Source: Thermofilum adornatum
GTDB taxonomy: Archaea > Thermoproteota > Thermoprotei > Thermofilales > Thermofilaceae
NCBI RefSeq assembly: GCF_000446015.1
Contig: NC_022093.1
Coordinates: 780,001 to 812,000, forward strand
Direction: 5' to 3'
Length of the DNA: 32,000 nt
Part shown: positions 25,229 through 32,000 of the stretch, one piece after another
How positions within the stretch are numbered: position 1 is the stretch's first letter
How the letters are laid out: each line of letters begins with the position of its first letter
Program-made: the position numbers and the translations under genes
Notes under the pieces: generated by a model
What the model saw: only the letters and a program-made list of their open reading frames with translations
The model's database searches: none
Told to the model about the DNA's origin: nothing

Positions 25229-27379
25229 GTGAAAACAAAAGTTTCACTGATGCCAAAAGTCTGTCTCGTCGTTTTTGTATTGCTCAGCATGTATTCTATA
25301 TCTGCACGTGTATATGTTCCTAGGGGAAATTTTCCAGACAAGCTGGCAGGAAACATAACATATGTCAACATAACGGTTCACGTCTTGGATTTTAATGGCA
25401 ACAAGTTTCGGCTTGACATACTGAATCCACAGCTTATAGTTACCACTTTTAGCTATGGGAATGTAAGCATATCGAAGAGAGGCATAGACTTTGTCGCGAA
25501 CCTGACGGGCTACGGCGTATACAATGTCTCCGTGAAGTATTGTGATGTCTTGGTGTATAACCGTCCTACAAACGTGACTAGCGGCGAGCTTATTCTCCGA
25601 GTAAATATTACAAGCATCACTGTCGGGGTATATACTAGTGACAGTCCCCCACTTCCATTGACCAATTATAGTGGCTACTTTACTGTGGGAAACTGTAAGG
25701 TCTCGTTCAGCTGGGATAAGCCCACTGTATATCTACCCTTTGGAACGTTTGACTACTATCTTATTTTTACTGGGCTAACGACAAAAGTAGAGATAAATGA
25801 CAAATTCTCGGTAACCCCTTCATCTTCTAGGCTAGAGAAGGTTTTACCAGTAATAAGCCAGGTAACGCTTCTATTCAAGACATTGAATGGCCTGTCGCCC
25901 ATTGGGCTCAATGCAACTGTTAATGTGCTTTACAAGGGCAAGATTCTAGGTAATCTTTCACTCCTTAGATCAGATAAACTGGTGATAAATCAGCCCCCGC
26001 TAGACACTTTGAAACTGGAAGCGAAATATGGGAGTAGGAAAATTTTGGAGCAGGACGTCAAGGTGGATGCGCAACAGAGAAACGTGGAGGTGGTTCTCCC
26101 TATATATGCGAACGTAGTCGTAAAGGTAACAAGTATCGACTATGAGCCCCTATATTCACAGGATCTCTCCTTTACACTTGTAACCCCATTCAACGAGGTT
26201 ATCCAAGTTGCTCCATCACGGGAAGGCACTTTTATCATCAACTATGGTTTTAGGCAGGATTTCGGCCGCTACATCTTAAAGATAAAAAGTAGCATTTTGA
26301 ACGATGTCTTCAGCTATGAATTCGCGATCAACTCTCAGCAAGTAGACATCCAGACAAATTTTAGGAATTCCTACCTGTATGTGGCGCCCAAAGGCGCCTC
26401 TATGCTTCCTGCAAACATGTCTATAACTGTGCTCTACCAGGGGGGTGGCGGTCCCGTCGTTATAAAATATCTGAAAACCTCTAGCCCAGCCCCGACAGTT
26501 AATGAGCTTCTTGGGTTCTTGCCATCAAATGGCATTTTCACAGCTACAGTGGAATACTCTGGATACAAATGGACATATAATTTTGATGGCATAGTTCAAG
26601 GAAAAATGAACCTCCTTGTTCCAGTCTTTGATGTCCAGCTTAATGCCCAAGACCTTGACGGGAAGCCTCTATATGGTTGCGTGGCAAACCTGACTGTAGG
26701 GCATCTCTCTTATGTCCAACAGATTAGTAGTGGACAGGCACTGTTCAGATACATACCACAGGACAGCGCCCAGCTAAAGATAAAGTGTCAAGGGCTAGAG
26801 GTAGCATCGATACAGCTTCTCCCCAGACAAGTTGAAGAAGGCTCTATAAATGTCACAGCCAGGGTTAAAACCTTCACAGTAAAGGTTCACGGGTGGTTCG
26901 ACAAGGCTTTGCCTGGGGCAAACGTTACAATAACGGTTGTTTCTGGTAGAAACTCGTTTGTAAGTTCAACTGTTACTGATGCTGCTGGGACAGGTGTACT
27001 CAGAAATATACCTATCCCCCTCGGAAGCAACATAACTATAATTGTTAGCTATGGGGGGCTTGTCTTCAAGAAAAATGTATACGAGGGAGAACCCAATATA
27101 GACATTTTTCTCGACGTTTTTCTCGATATTGGATTCTTAAGGCTGGGTCTCTACCAAACAGTCTCCATCGCAGTTTTTTTGGCTTTGTCCCTGGCTATAG
27201 GGTTCTTCGTGTTTAGGCGTTTGTCTCATATCAAGACCCTCAAATCTATGTTTGAAGAGGCAGAGTATTTTGAAGAAGAGGGAGAAGAAGAGGGGCTACT
27301 CCAGAAATTCAAAGAGATGTTTAAGAAGAAGAAAGAAAAAGAGGAAGAAGAAAGAGAAGAGTTCGACTTATTTGGATGA
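25229..27379 (+). CDS. large secreted, C-terminally membrane-anchored surface glycoprotein (function unknown)
   Basis: An N-terminal signal-like helix (PKVCLVVFVLLSMYSISA) is present, and ATG 25250 is an alternative to GTG 25229. The long ectodomain is beta-rich with about 15 N-x-S/T sequons by my count. A single C-terminal TM (VSIAVFLALSLAIGFFVF) is followed by a 54-aa highly charged tail. Confidence 0.7.
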   Translation: MKTKVSLMPKVCLVVFVLLSMYSISARVYVPRGNFPDKLAGNITYVNITVHVLDFNGNKFRLDILNPQLIVTTFSYGNVSISKRGIDFVANLTGYGVYNVSVKYCDVLVYNRPTNVTSGELILRVNITSITVGVYTSDSPPLPLTNYSGYFTVGNCKVSFSWDKPTVYLPFGTFDYYLIFTGLTTKVEINDKFSVTPSSSRLEKVLPVISQVTLLFKTLNGLSPIGLNATVNVLYKGKILGNLSLLRSDKLVINQPPLDTLKLEAKYGSRKILEQDVKVDAQQRNVEVVLPIYANVVVKVTSIDYEPLYSQDLSFTLVTPFNEVIQVAPSREGTFIINYGFRQDFGRYILKIKSSILNDVFSYEFAINSQQVDIQTNFRNSYLYVAPKGASMLPANMSITVLYQGGGGPVVIKYLKTSSPAPTVNELLGFLPSNGIFTATVEYSGYKWTYNFDGIVQGKMNLLVPVFDVQLNAQDLDGKPLYGCVANLTVGHLSYVQQISSGQALFRYIPQDSAQLKIKCQGLEVASIQLLPRQVEEGSINVTARVKTFTVKVHGWFDKALPGANVTITVVSGRNSFVSSTVTDAAGTGVLRNIPIPLGSNITIIVSYGGLVFKKNVYEGEPNIDIFLDVFLDIGFLRLGLYQTVSIAVFLALSLAIGFFVFRRLSHIKTLKSMFEEAEYFEEEGEEEGLLQKFKEMFKKKKEKEEEEREEFDLFG

Positions 27380-27400
27380 GTAGTCAAGGCGGGAAACTAT

Positions 27401-28411
27401 ATGGCCAGATACTTCCATGAAATATCTTCTGGGATCCCTCTTATCGGACACATAGCTTTTGGAATAGTCGACAGAGGAACAAATCTTCTGCAAGTCAGAC
27501 CCTCTTCTTTTTGTCCACTTTCCTGTATTTTTTGTAGCGTAAATGCAGGTCCAAAATCAACTAATAGGCAAACAGAGTTCGTGGTGGACGCAGAGTACCT
27601 AGTAGAGTGGTTTAAACATGTTACAAGGGTAAAGGAGCTTGAAAAAGCACACGCATATATCGATGCGGTAGGGGATCCATTGACGTACAGGGACATCGTT
27701 AAGCTTGTAAGACTTTTGAGAGAGTCGGGTTTAGCAGAGACAATCGCAATTGAGACCCATGGTGCCCTTCTAAACAGGCGACTGGTTGACCAGCTTGACG
27801 AGGCTGGCCTCGACAGAATCAATCTCTCTGTAGATTCGCTAGACCCAGAACTCGCAAAACGGCTCTCTGATACACCATGGCTCGATGTGAAGAGAATAGT
27901 GGATGTTGCAGAATATATTGCTTCATCTACGAAGATCGATCTGCTAGTTGCCCCCGTATGGGTGCCAGGCATAAATGACCATGAAATACCAAAGATAATT
28001 GAATGGGCACTAAGGATTGGCGCGGGGAAGAGAGTTCCGCCGCTTGGGGTACAAAAATATGAAGCCCACAAGTATGGTAGGCGCCCGCCCGGGGTCAAGC
28101 CTTTGAGTTGGAGCGAGTTCTATAGGGAGCTATCTAAGTGGGAAGAACAGTTCGGGGTTCGCCTAAAGTTATCGCCGAGGGACTTCGGCATTAGGAAGGC
28201 CAAACAGTTTCCAATAGCTTTCCAGGTAGGCGAAAGGACAAGTGTCGAAGTTGTTTATTGGGGATGGCTTAGGGGGCAGTGGCTCGGGGTTGCCCGTGAT
28301 AGGGTTGTAAGCATTGTTGGTGTACTGGGCGAGCCGCCTATAGGAAGAAAGGTCAAGGTCAGGATCCTGCGAAACAAGGATAATATATATGTAGGAAGAA
28401 TTGTTTTGTAG
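27401..28411 (+). CDS. radical SAM protein with C-terminal TRAM/OB-like domain
   Basis: CPLSCIFCS is the CxxxCxxC cluster motif, and IDAVGDPL is a SAM-binding-like GGE-type segment. The C-terminal beta-rich segment VEVVYWGW...VVSIVGVLGEPPIGRKVKVRILRNKDNIYVGRIV resembles a TRAM-type barrel. Confidence 0.75.
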   Translation: MARYFHEISSGIPLIGHIAFGIVDRGTNLLQVRPSSFCPLSCIFCSVNAGPKSTNRQTEFVVDAEYLVEWFKHVTRVKELEKAHAYIDAVGDPLTYRDIVKLVRLLRESGLAETIAIETHGALLNRRLVDQLDEAGLDRINLSVDSLDPELAKRLSDTPWLDVKRIVDVAEYIASSTKIDLLVAPVWVPGINDHEIPKIIEWALRIGAGKRVPPLGVQKYEAHKYGRRPPGVKPLSWSEFYRELSKWEEQFGVRLKLSPRDFGIRKAKQFPIAFQVGERTSVEVVYWGWLRGQWLGVARDRVVSIVGVLGEPPIGRKVKVRILRNKDNIYVGRIVL

Positions 28412-28428
28412 CTGTTTAAGTGGGGGGT

Positions 28429-29709
28429 ATGTTACTTCAGTCGCCGAGGGGTACCAGGGACTGGCTTCCAGAGGAGGCTTACGTAAAAAGGCTGGTGTCA
28501 GAAAAGATAAGGAAGGTTTTTGAGAGCTATGGCTATGGCGAGATAATTACGCCGGCATTTGAGTACCTAGAACTCTTAAAGGCGAAGGCGGGGGAGGAAG
28601 TAGTAAATCAAATCTACTATTTCAAGGATAAGGCTGGCAGAGAGCTGGGACTAAGATTCGAGATGACTACGCCTATAGCGAGGATAGTTGCATCAAAGCC
28701 AGACCTGGCGAAGCCTATACGTTTCTACTATATTCAGCCTGTCTGGCGCTATGAGGAGCCACAGAGGGGCAGACTAAGAGAGTTTTGGCAAGCTGGGATA
28801 GAGCTTTTCGGGGTGGCTGGGCCGGAAGGTGACGCCGAAGTTGTTGCAGTGACGTACGACGCCCTGACGGAGAGCGGTGTCCAAGAGTTTGAGATAAGCG
28901 TCAATGATCGTAGGGTTGTCGAAGACATTTTATTGTCAAATAGTGTAGCACAAGAAAGACTACCCGACGCGCTCAGGATACTGGACAAGCTAGACAAATT
29001 TGGAGAGTCCTACATCATAGATGAGTTCGAAAAGATAGGTGTCGCCAGGGAAAAGTCAAGCCAAATGCTCATCAAGCTAAAAGAGTCGAGACTCGACATA
29101 GAGCTCAGTACCCCTGAAGGCAAACAAGGGCTAGACCACCTAAGTAGGGTTGTCGATCTCCTGAAAAGTGTCTACGGCGTCAACGTAAAAGTTGATTACT
29201 CGATTGTAAGAGGGCTAGGATACTACACGGGCTTCGTTTTCGAGGTAAAGCCAAAAACATCTAGCGACGTTGGTAGCATAGCGGGTGGAGGAAGATACGA
29301 TGATCTTGTAAGCACGCTGGGCGGCCCCAAGCTGCCGGCAACAGGCATGGCTATAGGTGTCGACAGGCTTCTCGAGGTTCTAAAGCTCCAAGGGAAACCC
29401 ACGATAACATACAACGAAGTCGACGTGTATATCATACCCCTAGCCAAAAAACAGGAAACAGTAGCAAAAGCCGTCGAGATAGCTAAAAAGCTCAGAAGGG
29501 AAGGGTTAAAAGTCATAGTAGAAGGCACAGATAGGAGCCTGGCAAAGGCACTAGAATATGCCTCGAAAAAGGGGTCCCGCTTCGTCATCATTATTGGCGA
29601 GAAAGAGCTCTCCAGCGGTACACTCACCATTAGGGATATGAAGGAATGGGTTGAACACAAGCTTCAAGAAGAAAAGGCCCTCGAAATGATAATTAATTCC
29701 CGAACGTAA
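28429..29709 (+). CDS. hisS: histidyl-tRNA synthetase
   Basis: ATG 28429 is preceded by GTGGGGGGT (SD-like). Motifs are PRGTRDWLP, WRYEEPQRGRLREFWQ (motif 2), AGGGRYDDLV and GMAIGVDRL (motif 3). Confidence 0.92.
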   Translation: MLLQSPRGTRDWLPEEAYVKRLVSEKIRKVFESYGYGEIITPAFEYLELLKAKAGEEVVNQIYYFKDKAGRELGLRFEMTTPIARIVASKPDLAKPIRFYYIQPVWRYEEPQRGRLREFWQAGIELFGVAGPEGDAEVVAVTYDALTESGVQEFEISVNDRRVVEDILLSNSVAQERLPDALRILDKLDKFGESYIIDEFEKIGVAREKSSQMLIKLKESRLDIELSTPEGKQGLDHLSRVVDLLKSVYGVNVKVDYSIVRGLGYYTGFVFEVKPKTSSDVGSIAGGGRYDDLVSTLGGPKLPATGMAIGVDRLLEVLKLQGKPTITYNEVDVYIIPLAKKQETVAKAVEIAKKLRREGLKVIVEGTDRSLAKALEYASKKGSRFVIIIGEKELSSGTLTIRDMKEWVEHKLQEEKALEMIINSRT

Positions 29710-29748
29710 ATCTTTATCTTTTTATACATGTTCCTTGCAATCATCCAC

Positions 29749-30870
29749 ATGTCTAAGATTTACAACGAGCTATATGAGAAGATATCTCCAGGCTCAGGCA
29801 ACGTCGACAAGTCCCGCATGCTGGTAAACGTTGCGACCTTCCCCGACTCATTGCTCCACGCGCTGGGCGCCTATTTCCGTGTGCCTAAACTCTTAGAGAA
29901 AATCCCCCGAGACATCAAAGGCATCGTGATAAGTGGAATGGGTGGGTCATTCATCGGCGGCCTATTTTTACAAGACGTCCTCTATGATACCTCCAATCTT
30001 CCTATATTCCTAGTCCGCGACTCCATCCTTCCACAGTTCGTAGATAGTAGCTACCTCCTGATAGCTGTAAGCTACTCTGGAAACACAGAAGAAACACTCA
30101 GGGTTTTCGGAGAAGCCCTCCAAAGGAAAATCCCCATAATCTCTGTAACATCGGGAGGCCTTCTTCAGAAATATTCGGAAAAGAACTCTGTCCCAGTGGT
30201 CTCCCTGCCACAAGGCTTCCAGCCAAGGGCGGCTTTCCCATACATGGCGGCAGCCCTCTTATCAATCACAGAAACCATAACCGGAGATGTCGGGCTCCTC
30301 AAACAGCTCTCAGAATGCGCAGAAAACATGAAAGCCACCAGAGACGAAGCCCTCATGAAGACAATCGAGGATGCTAAAGACTTTTTCAGCAACATAGAAA
30401 AAGGACTAACACCCCTCATATACTCCTATAGACCCTACATCTCTGTAGGCTACAGGTTCAAAACACAGCTAAACGAAAACGCAAAAATCCACGCATTCTA
30501 CCTGGACCTCCCAGAAGCAAACCACAACGAGATAATGGGCTGGAGACAAGAAGCTTCAGACAAGTTCTTTGCGACAATAATCAGGGGCAGCCAGGAACAA
30601 TACTATATGACAACGAGAATAGAGTTCCTCATAAAACACCTAGAGGCCAACAACATACCCACGATAAACTTCTTACCCGAACCACGGTACAGCGGCAAGA
30701 AAATATGCGAACTGCTCGACTTAGTATTCAGGCTGGACCTCATCTCAGTCGCAACCGCCCTCAAGCTAAAAACAGACCCAACACCAGTCGACACAATCAC
30801 CAAGCTGAAGAAACACCTAGAAAAACACATCGACGTCGAAAAGGAACTGTTTCCCCAAGAAAGACCATAA
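29749..30870 (+). CDS. bifunctional phosphoglucose/phosphomannose isomerase family (SIS domain)
   Basis: Motifs are SGMGGSFIGG, VSYSGNTEETL and EANHNEIMGW, typical of the crenarchaeal PGI/PMI family. ATG 29749 lies about 25 nt downstream of CTTTTTATAC (29717-29726). ATG 29728 is the alternative start. Confidence 0.78.
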   Translation: MSKIYNELYEKISPGSGNVDKSRMLVNVATFPDSLLHALGAYFRVPKLLEKIPRDIKGIVISGMGGSFIGGLFLQDVLYDTSNLPIFLVRDSILPQFVDSSYLLIAVSYSGNTEETLRVFGEALQRKIPIISVTSGGLLQKYSEKNSVPVVSLPQGFQPRAAFPYMAAALLSITETITGDVGLLKQLSECAENMKATRDEALMKTIEDAKDFFSNIEKGLTPLIYSYRPYISVGYRFKTQLNENAKIHAFYLDLPEANHNEIMGWRQEASDKFFATIIRGSQEQYYMTTRIEFLIKHLEANNIPTINFLPEPRYSGKKICELLDLVFRLDLISVATALKLKTDPTPVDTITKLKKHLEKHIDVEKELFPQERP

Positions 30871-30935
30871 CACATCCATGACAAAGCGAAAACCTTAAAG
30901 GTTATCTACTAAGATTATTTCTGGTCACAAGCTTG

Positions 30936-31023
30936 GCGGGGGTGCCCGAGCTAGGACAAAGGGGGCGGACTTAGGCTCCGCTGGCGTAGGCCTGCCCGGG
31001 TTCGAATCCCGGCCCCCGCACCA
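30936..31023 (+). tRNA. tRNA-Leu (anticodon TAG), class II, CCA encoded
   Basis: Acceptor is GCGGGGG/CCCCCGC and anticodon arm GCGGA-CTTAGGC-TCCGC. The 14-nt variable arm has a GGC/GCC stem. T arm is CCGGG-TTCGAAT-CCCGG, discriminator A, then CCA. Confidence 0.9.
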
Positions 31024-31075
31024 ACCCCTATTCTTTGACGATAATAGCAAGAAGCCTCTATTTTTCAGGAAAAAG

Positions 31076-31183
31076 TGGTGGGGCCGCGGGGATTTGAACC
31101 CCGGACCACCTGGGCTCTCGTCTCGAGATCCCAAGTCCTGCGTTAACCGTGCCAGGCATCCTTCCAGGCTGGACTACGGCCCC
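31076..31183 (-). tRNA. tRNA-Pro (anticodon TGG) with 31 nt of intervening sequence, best explained as two introns
   Basis: Acceptor is GGGGCCG/CGGCCCC, D stem GTCC/GGAT and T arm CGGGG-TTCAAAT-CCCCG, with A73 and CCA. Anticodon-stem strands CCTGG and CCAGG are separated by 38 nt containing CTTGGG. The proposed introns are 31135-31150 and 31115-31129. Confidence 0.8.
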
Positions 31184-31660
31184 ATGATTTGCATACGTCC
31201 AAGAAGGAAAAATATCTGTCGAGGTTTAAATTTTTTGTGGGGAGGGCGGTTTTCCGCGAACTCGCATAGTAACAGTTTTTGCCTATTTGTTAACATCTTC
31301 TCAGTGTGTGGTACAAGAGTTATTTATATACTCTCTTCGGGATGGTCATTAAAAGCGGTTATGGGAAAATTCCTCATCGTAATTCAACTAAGGAAAGAAT
31401 AGATATTTCTTTGTGTCTCTTCATGTCTCTGTTACATTGTTATATATCTGTGCAACGTGAAGCCTTTTCTTTACAATACCCATAAACATGTCGTGAAATC
31501 TGAAGAACATTTCCTCGCACCTGAAGCCAGAAATCTTTGCAAAAGTAAAAACAGAGAATTTTATCGTGATATAGGACGGTGAGGAATGAGTTCCCGTGGA
31601 TATCTCTGTTGAAATGTTATCTGTACCGGGAACGAATAAATTAAAAGTTAGAGTCTAACG

Positions 31661-31727
31661 CAGGGGGTAAATATGTGGCACCAGCGGTGACCACTGCATC
31701 AGAGTGGAGGTTACCCCCTCTGTTTTT
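31661..31727 (+). ncRNA. candidate small structured RNA (GC-rich island ending in T5)
   Basis: An 8-bp outer stem GGGGGTAA (31663-31670) / TTACCCCC (31711-31718) encloses a hairpin GTGGCACC-AGC-GGTGACCAC (31675-31694). TCTGTTTTTG follows. The element is embedded in ORF-free AT-rich DNA. No known RNA family was recognised. Confidence 0.25.
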
Positions 31728-32000
31728 GCTCCGCGCGCGGACAAGTGCTATACCATGCATGTAGTCGCTCTAGTAGTACTCTTTTCGGCAGAAATAAAAT
31801 GAATTGAAAGTTGTCATAAATCTTTCAGGGTTTATGTGTTTTTGTTCTCAGCCTTAGTTATATGAACTCTCATTCATTTTTTAAATAGTAGATGGGAGCA
31901 TTCTCGTGAGTAAAGTTTTTATAGAAGCGATAATTTATTCTTGTCCGAAGGCGCATAAAAATGGCAACGTTAGAAGGTGGTAGTATGGCGTCGGTGGCGC

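Noticed and set aside
27397-28098. Long antisense ORFs: 27397..28098 (-), 7301..7981 (-), 4916..5392 (+), 707..1159 (-), 19100..19492 (-), 29223..29660 (-), 18133..18474 (-).
   Set aside because: Each lies opposite a gene with clear family motifs. Each has a Ser/Leu/Arg-rich composition without motifs, consistent with shadow ORFs of purine-biased coding strands.
30925-31402. Track ORFs 30925..31134 (-) and 31094..31402 (+).
   Set aside because: Both run through the tRNA-Leu and tRNA-Pro genes. Their products are Gly/Pro/Arg-rich or Cys/Phe-rich low-complexity sequences typical of translated structural-RNA or spacer sequence.
31786-31810. The string AAATAAAATGAATTGAAAG ends in GAATTGAAAG, like the 3' end (crRNA 5' handle source) of crenarchaeal CRISPR repeats.
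   Set aside because: Only one copy exists. No second repeat appears at 55-75 nt spacing on either side up to the window end, and an 8-10 nt match is expected by chance at this scale.

Overview
This is a gene-dense chromosomal core region of a hyperthermophilic crenarchaeon. Gene content and order look Desulfurococcales-like, but that is my inference and no database search was possible. I support about 39 CDS and 3 tRNA genes. A long minus-strand array runs L34e, cytidylate kinase, TFS, PCNA, PriL, PriS. A plus-strand array runs AspRS, SWIM Zn-finger protein, RPA-like OB-fold protein, Elf1-like protein, GGGP synthase. Next come Sec61beta, a UbiA-type prenyltransferase and the oligosaccharyltransferase AglB. 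The conserved block Nop10, aIF2alpha, S27e, L44e sits divergent from EF-1alpha and S10. The remaining genes are tRNA-Arg, ZPR1-like, UPF0148-like, a nucleotidyltransferase, an XPB-like helicase, S3Ae, a DHH phosphoesterase, prefoldin beta, a large sequon-rich surface protein, a radical SAM enzyme, HisRS, a PGI/PMI-type isomerase, tRNA-Leu and tRNA-Pro. Nothing resembles a known defence island, CRISPR array or mobile element. Six items most deserve a second look. (1) The tRNA-Pro gene seems to need two short introns, each with its own bulge-helix-bulge geometry. (2) A roughly 780-bp ORF-free AT-rich region at the 3' end holds a GC-rich structured island, a repeated motif and an ORB-like dyad. 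(3) An uncharacterised, translationally coupled minus-strand cluster encodes a Zn ribbon, a 3-TM protein, a RecA-like protein with a broken Walker A, and an RNase H/RuvC-like protein. (4) A SWIM finger gene is coupled to an RPA-like gene. (5) The surface glycoprotein has a cytoplasmic tail that mimics the ribosomal P-stalk C-terminus. (6) The XPB-like helicase is atypical and sits with a nucleotidyltransferase rather than Bax1. All functional calls rest on motifs I read in the translations and none is homology-verified.
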